The translations under genes and the position numbers were made by a program. This document shows, piece by piece, positions 48,024-58,027 of a stretch of DNA of 64,000 bases (positions are counted from its first letter, which is position 1; each line of letters starts with the position of its first letter). Below the pieces are notes generated by a model. That model made no database searches, had not been told where the DNA came from, and saw only the letters and a program-made list of their open reading frames with translations. This DNA is from Oscillospiraceae bacterium (GTDB lineage: Bacteria; Bacillota; Clostridia; Oscillospirales; Ruminococcaceae), in the NCBI GenBank assembly GCA_045606505.1, contig JAZUSC010000050.1, forward strand, positions 35,320-99,319, read 5' to 3'.

Positions 48024-49319
48024 TTACTCGTTATTTGCAAAGGCAAGAACTGCAAAATATGATTTTTCGCCCTCCTCAACCTTTATTTCTACCGTATGCT
48101 GTGCATACTCGTTTTCATCAATGATGTATGCGGTGACGGGGTTATTCCAGCCGTCGCTCATATTTGAGGATACTGTCTTGTACAGCTCTCCGTCAACGTA
48201 TATCTGTGCGTCTGCGAACAACTTGCTGTTGTTTGCTTTGAATACCATAGCAAGTTTTTTACAGCTTATATCAAACTTAATAGAAGCACCTGTATCCGCC
48301 CTGTACTGCCAACCATTCGGGAAGCTGTTGTGGGCATTCATCTCCTTGAAGCCTGTTATCTCGGGCTTGAGATCCACGCTGTCAAAGTAGTGCATATTCA
48401 TATAGTCATCGCTGAACACAGCATCGGGGAGAGTGTTATCCACATCGCCCTTATTTGCGTCTATGTTGGGAATTACCTGCTCGTAATAATTGATGACAAA
48501 ATCACGTATCATCTTTCCGCCCTCAACGTGGGGGTGGGACTGGTCGCCTGAATAATCAGACCAGCTCATTCTGCCCTCCTGCATTTCTACCCATATAGAA
48601 TCGGGCAGGCTTATCATAGGCAGACCGTAATTCTCGCCTATCTGTGTCATATGAGGCTGACAGGTGTGACCGCTCTCTACTATCGTAAACAACAGGACCA
48701 CTGCGATATCCCTCTCGTCTGCAAGGAGAGTGCGTACAAGGGACTCGTATGCGGTCTTGTATATCATCTCTGTGCCGTCGTTTACCGCAAACTCAACAAA
48801 AACGATATCGGGGTCGTAAGCGAGTACATCACGTTCAAGGCGGACATTTCCAAGCACGGATGGTGTGCCGCTTATTCCCGCATTGACGTAGTTAACCTTC
48901 GCAGAGGGAAACTGTTCATTAAGCCAGGTCGTGGACATCTTCGCCCATTTCTGATCCTCTTCAAGGACAAGGTTGTCGTGGTAACCCTCTGTGATAGAGC
49001 CGCCTATGTATGCGGCGGTTATCTCCTCGCCGTTTGCCGCTCTGCTGAGGACATTTGCCATACGTGTCATATCGCCTGTGGTTATGAGCGAACGCTCTAC
49101 CATAAGGTCGTATATCTCCTCCTCAGAGAGTTTGGAATAGTCTATCTCCTCGGGTACGGAGGACTCCTCTGCTACGCTGTCATTTGGAGTACGGCTGTCC
49201 TCTGTGACAGCAGAGCTTTCATCTACCGCCGCCGATGTATCGGACTCTGCCGAATTATTACAGCCACAGGCTGTTACTACCATAGAAGCGGCAAGTAAAG
49301 CCGCAAGAAATCTCTTCAT
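48024..49319 (-). CDS. SGNH/GDSL-family esterase lipoprotein
   Basis: Lipobox TACGC; blocks GGSITEG, NAGISG, EFAVND, DQSHP. Confidence 0.85.
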   Translation of the reverse strand: MKRFLAALLAASMVVTACGCNNSAESDTSAAVDESSAVTEDSRTPNDSVAEESSVPEEIDYSKLSEEEIYDLMVERSLITTGDMTRMANVLSRAANGEEITAAYIGGSITEGYHDNLVLEEDQKWAKMSTTWLNEQFPSAKVNYVNAGISGTPSVLGNVRLERDVLAYDPDIVFVEFAVNDGTEMIYKTAYESLVRTLLADERDIAVVLLFTIVESGHTCQPHMTQIGENYGLPMISLPDSIWVEMQEGRMSWSDYSGDQSHPHVEGGKMIRDFVINYYEQVIPNIDANKGDVDNTLPDAVFSDDYMNMHYFDSVDLKPEITGFKEMNAHNSFPNGWQYRADTGASIKFDISCKKLAMVFKANNSKLFADAQIYVDGELYKTVSSNMSDGWNNPVTAYIIDENEYAQHTVEIKVEEGEKSYFAVLAFANNE

Positions 49320-49357
49320 TATTAAATCTCCTTAAAATTATTATCCTAAGCCGTCAG

Positions 49358-50287
49358 TCAGGCGGCAGCTTTGTTTTCTTCTTTCACCGCAACGGGAGTG
49401 TAGCCCTTTTCTTCAAGCAGAGTTAGTATATCCTCTCCGACATAGAAATGTGCCGCCCCCACAAAAAGGAATAAATCCTCGCCCTTTTGCAGGTATTCGG
49501 CAGCCTTGTCCGCCATAACACGCTGACGTGAGTCATACATAAGCTCCTGCATTTCGCTGCACTGGGTTTCAAGTCCTTCCGATATCTCATCAAAAAGTTC
49601 CAGCTTTCCGAAATACTCCTCATCAAAACTGCTCCAAGCAGCGTAAAGCTTATTCATTTCAGCTATCTGTCCTTTATAGTTTTCCTCTCCTATACAATCA
49701 CTGAGAGTAAGCAGCTGCAACTCCATAGGAATATCCGACATCATCTCATACTGAAACGAGTAGCTTTCAAGCGGCACTTTCTTTTTTCCGTCCTTTTTTG
49801 CAAGGTCAAAAAAATACATATCAGAGCCTTGCTCGGCTGAAATTCCGCATTCCTCTATTATATCGGACGAAAAAACAGAAGCCCAGTAGTATGGGATATA
49901 GCTGTCAAGATAGCTTGAATAAAGTCCCTTGCTTTTCATAAACTCTACTGTTTCTGCATAGTCCTCTCCAAGGCACTGTTTTGCGGTCATTCCGTCGTCA
50001 TACAGAAGATGTTTTATTCCCTGCGTCATATCGTCCGTATCCTCATAGTCAAGCTCAAAGGCTACCGTATCGCAGCTATCGAAAGCCTCCATAATGTAAT
50101 CGGGATAGGTGATATCCTGCTTTACAGCGTGCATTGTACCAAGAAGATACACAGTGCCGCCCGTGTTTTCATCGATAACCTTCCAAAAGGGCGGTGTGAC
50201 CTCAGTCTTTTCCGCAGAGCTGTCGCCTGCCGCACAGCCGCACAATGATAAGGTAAGCACACAAGCGGCAATTATCCTTTTAATCAT
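49358..50287 (-). CDS. TraB/GumN-family lipoprotein
   Basis: Lipobox LCGC; FWKV..VYLLGTMH, AFEL, FVGAAHF. Confidence 0.85.
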   Translation of the reverse strand: MIKRIIAACVLTLSLCGCAAGDSSAEKTEVTPPFWKVIDENTGGTVYLLGTMHAVKQDITYPDYIMEAFDSCDTVAFELDYEDTDDMTQGIKHLLYDDGMTAKQCLGEDYAETVEFMKSKGLYSSYLDSYIPYYWASVFSSDIIEECGISAEQGSDMYFFDLAKKDGKKKVPLESYSFQYEMMSDIPMELQLLTLSDCIGEENYKGQIAEMNKLYAAWSSFDEEYFGKLELFDEISEGLETQCSEMQELMYDSRQRVMADKAAEYLQKGEDLFLFVGAAHFYVGEDILTLLEEKGYTPVAVKEENKAAA

Positions 50288-50499
50288 TCTGCGACCCTTT
50301 TAAGCAGCTCCTCACAAGCGTCGTTTTCAGAGAAATGCTCCGTAAGGTCCATACGCTCGCCGTCCTCGTTGTAATATACCAGCCACTTTCCGTTTTCTTC
50401 GATAAGACAGGTACGCTGCTCGTCATCTGCTCCGACAGAATAGAAATAATGGGGTACGTCAAGCTCGAATAGTTTTACTTTTAATTCTGCAATGCTCAT
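50284..50499 (-). CDS. Small acidic hypothetical protein (immunity-like)
   Basis: RBS GGAGG; coupled to the traB-like gene; C....W.VYY.E.GER..F.E..AC pattern. Confidence 0.7.
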   Translation of the reverse strand: MSIAELKVKLFELDVPHYFYSVGADDEQRTCLIEENGKWLVYYNEDGERMDLTEHFSENDACEELLKRVAE

Positions 50500-50513
50500 T
50501 TTTATGTCCTCCG

Positions 50514-51122
50514 TTATATTATACGTCCGCTTATCTCAAATGTAGGGCCTTTCTGCCACAGGAATGTTGACAGGATTATCTCAAAGCCCTCACCAGGGCC
50601 GCACATAAAGTCTGCGGGTCTTCCCTTGGGCAATCCGTAACCCGCCAGCAGATTTGTTATAACTCCGCCGTGGGTGACCACTGCCGCACGGGTAACGTCC
50701 TTAGCCATCATATCACTGAATATCACATCAAGTCCACTTATGCAACGAAGTGAGAAGTCCCCGAATTTCTCGCCATTCGGAGGACAAGCCTCGATTCCGC
50801 CCTTTATCCACTGCACATACTCGGGTAGGTCTGCAATATCGCTCTGCTTTTTTTCCTCGAAATCTCCGAAGTCCATTTCAGCTATCTCGTCAACTATCAT
50901 AAGCTGCCTGTCGGGATAGATTATGTCCGCCGTTTCAAGGCACCGTTTCAGCGGTGAGCTGTAAACTTTCTGTACAGGCGGATAGACCTCCATATCCGTA
51001 AGAGAGCGTATAGTATCAACGCCCTCCTTACAAAGGGAAAGGTCTGTCTGACCGATATACTTGCCGTCAAGGTTTCCCTGTGTTATTCCGTGACGTATCA
51101 GATACAGATAATAGTTTTTCAT
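50514..51122 (-). CDS. Histidine phosphatase (phosphoglycerate mutase/CobC-like)
   Basis: LIRHG, SSPLKRC, EMDFG, VVTHGG. Confidence 0.9.
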   Translation of the reverse strand: MKNYYLYLIRHGITQGNLDGKYIGQTDLSLCKEGVDTIRSLTDMEVYPPVQKVYSSPLKRCLETADIIYPDRQLMIVDEIAEMDFGDFEEKKQSDIADLPEYVQWIKGGIEACPPNGEKFGDFSLRCISGLDVIFSDMMAKDVTRAAVVTHGGVITNLLAGYGLPKGRPADFMCGPGEGFEIILSTFLWQKGPTFEISGRII

Positions 51123-51225
51123 TTTTACCTCCATTGCAGCCCTCATCACCGCTAAAAACCGCATTATAATGCGGAATTATGAATAATATCCTAGAGAGCT
51201 GTCATTTTTTTGTTAAATATGACAC

Positions 51226-51254
51226 TTTACAAAACGAAATAATAAAGATATAAT
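51226..51254 (+). promoter_or_regulatory. sigma-A promoter of the XRE regulator
   Basis: TTTACA-17 bp-TATAAT. Confidence 0.7.
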
Positions 51255-51395
51255 ATACATTATGGAATTATGTTGGGGGCTTGTCTGCTTTTTTGCATCC
51301 TAACCCCTACTCAAACAGACGAAATATATTAAATTCCGACCTATCAAGGCGTATCCCCTGCGGATACGATGACTGAAAACCTAGGAGAAAATATA

Positions 51396-52061
51396 ATGAA
51401 CAAGGACTTTCCACGCATTCTGACACATCTGCGTAAAGAACGTAAACTAAGTCAGAAGCAGGTGGCGGCAGACCTTAATGTTACGCAGGCTGTGCTGTCA
51501 CACTATGAAAACGGAAAACGCAGATGTAAGCTTGACTTTCTACTTCTGGTAGCCGATTATTACAACGTTTCTATTGATTATCTTCTCGGCCGCTCACCTA
51601 TGAGTACAGGTGCTATCGTTTCAGAGCAGGAACTTCCTGAAAGCACCGCCTCCGAAAAGTACGACGGTCCTATCTCGGGTGCAAGTACATTCTTCCAGAA
51701 AAAGCTGCTTACAAACGCTATCGAGATAATCTTCTCACTGCTTATCAAAACAAAGAATACCGAGCTTTCAAAGGCTGTATATTCTTATCTTTCACTTGCT
51801 GTTTACCGCAGTTTCAGAATGGTTCACGGTGCAGGAAAGAACAATGACGAGAACACATTCAGTATTCCTGCTGACAGCGTTTCGGGGCTTACCTTCGCTG
51901 CTATGTCGGTAGAGGATATCAAAGCAAACAAAGCGTCAACAAACGGCTCAGAGGACGATGTACTCACCACAGCAAGACTCGAAAGCGATTATCCCGCACA
52001 GGCTGCGGCACTTCTCAACATCGTTAAAACTTCCGAACAAAAACTGGACAAGCTTAACTAA
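51396..52061 (+). CDS. XRE-family HTH transcriptional regulator
   Basis: LRKERKLSQKQVA..L..TQ..LSHYENGKR, YNVSIDYLLGR. Confidence 0.9.
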   Translation: MNKDFPRILTHLRKERKLSQKQVAADLNVTQAVLSHYENGKRRCKLDFLLLVADYYNVSIDYLLGRSPMSTGAIVSEQELPESTASEKYDGPISGASTFFQKKLLTNAIEIIFSLLIKTKNTELSKAVYSYLSLAVYRSFRMVHGAGKNNDENTFSIPADSVSGLTFAAMSVEDIKANKASTNGSEDDVLTTARLESDYPAQAAALLNIVKTSEQKLDKLN

Positions 52062-52104
52062 ACAAAATCAAATATCCCAAAGACGGCTTTATTGCCGTCT
52101 TTTT

Positions 52105-53535
52105 TTATGCCGTATCGGTCTTTTCGCCCTTTCCTGTACGCTTATTTATAAACAGCTTTACAGCATTCGTACAGCTTCGGAAGTTTATCGCAACTATAAC
52201 AAGGAAAAGTACACAGTTGACAACATTCTGTATCACTCCGTAAGGAAGGAACATCACCGACGCACCCATTACAGATATAACAGCAAGGTTCACTCCAAGG
52301 GATACAAAATTCACCTTCATATAGAGATACTTTTTAGTATCGAAATAACGGTAGATGTAAACAGCAAGATAGCTTACGAGTGTGGCGATCGCCGCACCTA
52401 TAACTCCGATAGTGTTCAGCAGCACCACATTCAGCACGATATTTACACCCGCTCCCACGCAGGAGGAGGCAAGTGTGTGGGTTGTCTTGTTACTCGCTTC
52501 GTAGATACTACCCATAAAGCTTGAACAGGACTGAAACAGTACCGCAATAAGCAGACAAGGAAGATAGAAGTATGCAAACTCAAAGCCCTCACTTCCGAGC
52601 AGCGGCATTATTATAGGTCTGAAAACCAGCAGTATTCCCGCAACAAGGAACGCCATAAGCGTCTGCATCATATTGAAAACATTACTGTAAAAGTTGGATA
52701 TGGTACGGGAGTTTCGCTCTGTTATAGCGGACATATTCCACGCCTGCATAAAAATTCCCACCACTATCGCTGCAAGGTTCGGGAATTTGTACGCAAAGGA
52801 GTAGACGCCGTTTGCATCGCTTCCATAAATAGCCGTTACCATAAATGTATCTGATACGTTTATCACCCACCACATTATCGTTGTGGGGATAAGCGGAATG
52901 CTGTAACGTATCATAGCATTGCGGAGCATCTTATCATTTCCGAAAGGACGATATTTCTGCAGAAGTTTCGCCTTTATGCAAAGGAAAATGATAGACACAG
53001 TATCTCCCAGTGATACTGACAGAACATAGCCCACTACTCCCATATTAAACACACCAAGCAGCAGCAGATTGAACAGCACTGTCGCAATGGTGGTGATAAT
53101 TCCGTCAATGGCAAAGGTCTTTACGTGTCCTCTCGCACGAACATAGATAGCACAGATATGCTTTATACTGCCCGTGCAGACATACATAAATATGAGCCAC
53201 TCATAGCCTTTCAGCATTTCGATAAAGCCTATCAGCGGAACGAACGCCGCAAATATGATAAGCCCTATCACACCCACATTTATACCTATCGAAAGCACGT
53301 GTCTGCCGTTGTTTGCCTTGTCAAGACCAAAGCGAAGCACGCCCTCGCTGATGGAGAGCGTTACCACAGATATCAACAGTGCAGATGCGTTGACGATATT
53401 TGTAACATCGCCGTAGCCGTCCGTACCGAGCATACTAGTGTAGAATTTGAGCATTACATACACAAGCAGCTTCGAGCCGAACTGACCTATCGCCAATACC
53501 AGCGTGTTGCTGGCAAGCTTCTGGTATTTATTCAT
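52105..53535 (-). CDS. Wzx-like polysaccharide flippase (MOP family)
   Basis: About 12-14 TM segments, NTLVLAIGQFGSKLL, YSIPLIP, GIYSFA-like motif, IGAAIAT. Confidence 0.85.
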   Translation of the reverse strand: MNKYQKLASNTLVLAIGQFGSKLLVYVMLKFYTSMLGTDGYGDVTNIVNASALLISVVTLSISEGVLRFGLDKANNGRHVLSIGINVGVIGLIIFAAFVPLIGFIEMLKGYEWLIFMYVCTGSIKHICAIYVRARGHVKTFAIDGIITTIATVLFNLLLLGVFNMGVVGYVLSVSLGDTVSIIFLCIKAKLLQKYRPFGNDKMLRNAMIRYSIPLIPTTIMWWVINVSDTFMVTAIYGSDANGVYSFAYKFPNLAAIVVGIFMQAWNMSAITERNSRTISNFYSNVFNMMQTLMAFLVAGILLVFRPIIMPLLGSEGFEFAYFYLPCLLIAVLFQSCSSFMGSIYEASNKTTHTLASSCVGAGVNIVLNVVLLNTIGVIGAAIATLVSYLAVYIYRYFDTKKYLYMKVNFVSLGVNLAVISVMGASVMFLPYGVIQNVVNCVLFLVIVAINFRSCTNAVKLFINKRTGKGEKTDTA

Positions 53536-53561
53536 TCTAAAACCCGATGTCTTTTTTTAGT

Positions 53562-54017
53562 TTAGTTTTCTCTCAGTTCTTTGAAAAAGCGTGTAAGTAT
53601 CTCGCCGCACTGTTCTTTCAGCACACGGCTTCGTACAAAGGGAATATGGGTGAACCGCTCTTCAAACAGATTCACCACCGAGGCACAAGCACCGTTCTTA
53701 TCATCAAAGGCACCGTATACCACCCTTTTCAGACGGGAGTTCATAATCGCTCCCGAACACATAGGACAAGGTTCAAGCGTTACATACAGTGTACAGCCGC
53801 ACAGCCGCCACTGTCCTAGACGTTTTGCCGCCTGCTCTATCGCAAGTACCTCTGCGTGGGCAATAGGAGAGCACAACATCTCACGCTGATTGTACCCCTC
53901 ACCTATTATCTCCCCCTCGGGAGATACCACCACAGCACCCACTGGGATCTCGCCCAAAGCATAAGCCTTTTCGGCGAGTTCCAGTGCTTTCAGCATATAT
54001 TCCTCGTCAAGGGTCAT
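53562..54017 (-). CDS. tadA: tRNA-specific adenosine deaminase
   Basis: GEIPVGAVVV, HAE, TLEPCPMCSGA. Confidence 0.93.
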   Translation of the reverse strand: MTLDEEYMLKALELAEKAYALGEIPVGAVVVSPEGEIIGEGYNQREMLCSPIAHAEVLAIEQAAKRLGQWRLCGCTLYVTLEPCPMCSGAIMNSRLKRVVYGAFDDKNGACASVVNLFEERFTHIPFVRSRVLKEQCGEILTRFFKELREN

Positions 54018-57000
54018 ATCTTCACTCTCTTGAATGCCTGTACTATTACAGTAAGAGCGAGCCAAGCAAGATTATACAGCGAAATATAGAAAGCGTTGAG
54101 CATATCGAAGAAATTAAAACCTGTATTGCTGTAATAGGGCGACATCGTAGAATTAGGGTCTACCCTGTCAGCAAGGTTGTAATTTCCGAAGAATGCAAAT
54201 ATCAGCACAAGCAGTATGCCCAGTGCAATTCCTGCTATCTGCATAGCACAGCCAAGCTTTATCTTCTTACACAGAGCCTTTGAACCATTTACAGCGGCAG
54301 AAAGCGAGGAGAAGCTGCCGTCACAGGATACAGCGGCACTTCCCTTGGGAACATACTTTGTACGTTCCTCAAACTCGTCGTGAGCCTCATAAGGAATGAT
54401 GTGAACGTTCTCAGCGGGTATCTCGAAGATCTCACCGATAACGCCGTCTGTGATCATACCGTCAACTGTCTTGATGACAAGGCTTACGCCATTCTTTACA
54501 AGCAGATTTACATGATGCTTTATCTGAGAGTTTGCTGTAAGGTCTACAAGGAACACCATACAAAGCTCGCCTGCAACGGCAAGATAAACCACTTCGCTGT
54601 TGTTCTTGTTTACAGCGGATACCTTTTTCATTTCAGGAACAGAGATACCGTGGGACTTCATATGGTCACGGTTGCCAAGCAGCACACGTCTGCTTCCTAT
54701 CCAGCCCATAACACCAAGGTTGCTCTCATATACGCAGTTGCTTACCTTTTTGAGCAGTGTGGATTTCAGGTTGAGCATATTAAAGAATGCCTCAGCAAGA
54801 ACGCTGTCTGTTGTTACAGCAAGACTTGCCGCATAGATGATAGCCTCGTCTATACGAACCTGCTGTGTACCTCTTGAACCATTCTTTGTGTAATCCCAGA
54901 TGCTTACCTTGATAGAGTTAGACGGGAAAAGAGATCTTGCCTCAACCAGCACCGCAGAGGTATCGTTTACCTCCTCCACAGCGGTGTAACCAAGCACCGC
55001 AGCACCCTTACCCACAAGATTTTTAGAGGCGGAGAGCATAGGCAGCATAACTGTAAGCGTACCGATAAAGGTAGCTCCTACCGCAAGTACCGCAGAAGCT
55101 GTATTTACAGCAAGTGCAACGTTATCCATAGCGTAGTTGCTTATGGACATAAAGTAGGTCATAAGTCCGCCGCCGAGAGCCGCAACAAGCACAGCAGGGG
55201 CAATAAACTTTGAAAGTCTGTCTGAGATATCCTCGCAATAGGTGGAGATGATAAAATCACAGAGAAGCTCTGTCTTACGCATAGAGGCAATTACAGGGAT
55301 ACCTGTACCTATGCCCTTTGCAAGCTTATCTGCACCCTCGTCGCTGAAACACTCCATAAAGTATTTGCTGCGGTCACCCGATACGAAGGCAAAATTACGC
55401 TGTGCAGCCTTTACCGTGCAAAGCTTAGAAACAGTGTTAAAGCAAAGACAACCGAGGGATACTATAAGATAAACGTGAACATTGTCAGTCACTAACATAG
55501 AGGGCTTTGCAAGATATGCTATCATAGCACCGATAGCACCGATATGTGCAAACGCACACAACGTATCCCCGTCGGGTCTTAGCTTGACAAGTCTTGAAAG
55601 ACCGTTTGTCACAACACTTGAACAAGCAGCAAAGCTTAAAATACCCACTACCAGATTTGTATAAAGGAAATTTTCTACGTTAAATTTATTGCAAAGACCC
55701 GAAAGGATCGGAATTCCCTCTGCATTGAGCCTGAAAACAACACTTGCCGCAATGGAAAATACCATAAGAACAACAAGTATCATCAGTCTTCCGAAAAGAC
55801 CCTTTGACGCACGTCCCAGACGGTCGATGATGACATTTTCATCGTCAAGGTCGATAACTTCTTCCTCTTCCTCGTCGAAATCGTCATCTTCCTCCTCAAC
55901 ATTGTCAAGCTCATCGTCGATATCTTCAAGCATAAAGCTGGATATCCTGCGTTTTTTACGTGCCGCAAGTTCGTCCGCCTCACGGACAGCGGCTACGGGG
56001 TCTGTTGTATGGAGAATGCTTGTATCTACAAGCTGCTTTTCATAATCGATATTCAGTGCGTGGGGTGGCAGCTGTGCAGGGTCAGAAAGGTCGGTCAGGG
56101 TAACGGTACGCTCTGCCTCCTTCTCCTTTTCACGCTGTTCTTTTAGCTTACGATTGAGTGATGCCACAAGTGCCTCATTGCTGCGACGCTGCTTTGCTGT
56201 TGCAAACTCCTTAACATCATCACCGTGGGCAGGTGCAGCAGGCTTCAATACGTTATCTATTCTGTTTTCGCTCTCACCCTTTTTACGTGAGGTAACAGGA
56301 GAATACTCCTTAACGTGCTCCTCCTCGCCACTGGAAAGACGTTTCAGGTCGTTTCCTGCAACCGCAAGTGTATCGCCCGAAACAGAGTTTTCGGCGTTCT
56401 TTACTTCCTCCGCAGCCTTTGCACGGGAGTCCATAGGATTTATGGAATCAAGCAGATCCTCGGGGGATTCTGCCGACATATCCGCTTCAAGCAAGGCACG
56501 GTTTATCTCCTCGATACGCTGCTGTTTGCGTATCTGCTGGGTAGCGGTTGTAACAAGGTCGCCCCTTGTATGGAAGATGATATCATCGTCCTCGCCCGCA
56601 ACATCGGGCTTAACATAGGGCTGTACAAATTCGCTCTCCGGCTCTACGTACTCGATATTTTTAGCCACACCAAGCTCGGCTGTTTCCGCAAACATTGCGG
56701 CAGCCTCCTCGTGGGTGGTTATCTCAGCGGTATCCGCATAACGCTGTACCGCGATCTCCTCTGCAAGTTCCTCAGCAGCCTCGTCTACCTCGGCGTCTGC
56801 TTTTGCAAGCATAGCCTCCTTTGCGGCTCTCTCCTGCTCTGCAAGGCGGCGTTTTTCCTCCTCGATAGCACGAGCCTCTTCTTCAAGACGCTTTTTCTCC
56901 GCAGCGGCAGCAGCCTTTTTTTCCTCTCTTGCACGACGCATAGCCTCCGCCTCAGCCTTTTCACGTTCCTGACGCTCTCTGCGACGCTGAGCCTCCGCCT

Positions 57001-57268
57001 GCCTTTCCTGTGCCTTTTTCTCCTTTGCAGCCTGTGCGGCAAGAGCGATCTCCTTCGCACGACGCTGTGCGGCAAGTTGTTCCTCCTGCTCTGCGGCGAG
57101 TATCTCCTCCTCTGTGCGACGAGGCTTTACACCCGAGCGACGCATAGCCTCATCAAGCTCACTGCCGCCGATTATCTCAGTTACACTGTCAGTGTGAGCA
57201 GTAGGCTTGTCGCCATCACGTCTTCGGTCTATTTCCGCTAGAATATCATCAATATTATAATCTGACAT
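54014..57268 (-). CDS. Degenerate P1B-type ATPase-like membrane protein with a long acidic/coiled-coil N-terminus
   Basis: P1B-like landmarks (DGDTL, DRLSKFIAP, AVLAVG..TL..P, LLGNR, VYLAVAG) but no DKTGT, CPC, TGES or GDGxND. Confidence 0.65.
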   Translation of the reverse strand: MSDYNIDDILAEIDRRRDGDKPTAHTDSVTEIIGGSELDEAMRRSGVKPRRTEEEILAAEQEEQLAAQRRAKEIALAAQAAKEKKAQERQAEAQRRRERQEREKAEAEAMRRAREEKKAAAAAEKKRLEEEARAIEEEKRRLAEQERAAKEAMLAKADAEVDEAAEELAEEIAVQRYADTAEITTHEEAAAMFAETAELGVAKNIEYVEPESEFVQPYVKPDVAGEDDDIIFHTRGDLVTTATQQIRKQQRIEEINRALLEADMSAESPEDLLDSINPMDSRAKAAEEVKNAENSVSGDTLAVAGNDLKRLSSGEEEHVKEYSPVTSRKKGESENRIDNVLKPAAPAHGDDVKEFATAKQRRSNEALVASLNRKLKEQREKEKEAERTVTLTDLSDPAQLPPHALNIDYEKQLVDTSILHTTDPVAAVREADELAARKKRRISSFMLEDIDDELDNVEEEDDDFDEEEEEVIDLDDENVIIDRLGRASKGLFGRLMILVVLMVFSIAASVVFRLNAEGIPILSGLCNKFNVENFLYTNLVVGILSFAACSSVVTNGLSRLVKLRPDGDTLCAFAHIGAIGAMIAYLAKPSMLVTDNVHVYLIVSLGCLCFNTVSKLCTVKAAQRNFAFVSGDRSKYFMECFSDEGADKLAKGIGTGIPVIASMRKTELLCDFIISTYCEDISDRLSKFIAPAVLVAALGGGLMTYFMSISNYAMDNVALAVNTASAVLAVGATFIGTLTVMLPMLSASKNLVGKGAAVLGYTAVEEVNDTSAVLVEARSLFPSNSIKVSIWDYTKNGSRGTQQVRIDEAIIYAASLAVTTDSVLAEAFFNMLNLKSTLLKKVSNCVYESNLGVMGWIGSRRVLLGNRDHMKSHGISVPEMKKVSAVNKNNSEVVYLAVAGELCMVFLVDLTANSQIKHHVNLLVKNGVSLVIKTVDGMITDGVIGEIFEIPAENVHIIPYEAHDEFEERTKYVPKGSAAVSCDGSFSSLSAAVNGSKALCKKIKLGCAMQIAGIALGILLVLIFAFFGNYNLADRVDPNSTMSPYYSNTGFNFFDMLNAFYISLYNLAWLALTVIVQAFKRVKI

Positions 57269-57295
57269 CGTTCTTCTCCTAACTATCCTGACCGT

Positions 57296-58027
57296 TTAAC
57301 GGTGCTTTACAACTTCATACATAAGTATTCCCGCCGATACCGAGGCATTTAGCGAGTTTATCTTGCCATACATTGGCAAAGAAAGTATCATATCACAGTT
57401 TTCACGAACAAGTCTGCCAAGCCCGAAACCCTCAGAGCCTATCACAAGTGCAATGCCGCCTGTAAGATCAGCCTTGTCGTAGGGAGTGCCGTCTGCCTCT
57501 GCACCGAACACCCATATATTCTCTTTTTTAAGCTGCTTTATAGTATCAACAAGGTTAGGAACTCTTGCAACTTTGAGCCACGCAGCCGCTCCCGCCGATG
57601 TTTTGAACACCGTAGCATTAAGAGATGCACTTCTGCGTTTCGGGATTATCACTCCGTCTGCACCGGCAGCCTCTGCTGTACGGATTATTGCACCGAGATT
57701 GTGAGGGTCTTCTATCTCATCGGCTATGATGATAAAAGGCGGTTTGCCCTTTTCCTTTGATACGGCAAGTATCTCCTCCACCGTTGCGTATGACGCAGCA
57801 GCAAGGTATGCCGCTGTGCCGCCATGCTTTGAAGTGCCTGTCATAGCGGTGAGCTTTTCATCGCTTACCTCCTTGATGACAACGCCCTTCTGCTTTGCAA
57901 GGGGAATTATCTTTCCGAGAGATATGCCCTTCTGGACATATAATGTATCAAGCTCCGCGTCCGAGGTAAGAGCCTCCGTAACAGAATTTTTTCCGTATAT
58001 AATCTTAACTTCTGTCTTGTTATCCAT
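57296..58027 (-). CDS. rlmB: 23S rRNA Gm2251 methyltransferase (TrmH/SpoU family)
   Basis: YGKNSV, EDPHNLGAIIRTA, KTSAGA, IGSEG, SLNASVSAG. Confidence 0.92.
   Translation of the reverse strand: MDNKTEVKIIYGKNSVTEALTSDAELDTLYVQKGISLGKIIPLAKQKGVVIKEVSDEKLTAMTGTSKHGGTAAYLAAASYATVEEILAVSKEKGKPPFIIIADEIEDPHNLGAIIRTAEAAGADGVIIPKRRSASLNATVFKTSAGAAAWLKVARVPNLVDTIKQLKKENIWVFGAEADGTPYDKADLTGGIALVIGSEGFGLGRLVRENCDMILSLPMYGKINSLNASVSAGILMYEVVKHR

Noticed and set aside
51272-51322. Possible HDV-like (theta) ribozyme in the XRE leader
   Set aside because: No P1.1 GG pairing and no convincing J4/2 catalytic C context; kept only as a generic pseudoknot candidate
56315-57241. 308-aa Leu/Phe/Cys-rich plus-strand ORF, and similar long shadows at 3382-4347, 7604-8314, 22678-23337, 35627-36355 and 43840-44592
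   Set aside because: Antisense frames of real genes; low-complexity E/K/A coding on one strand produces stop-poor opposite frames
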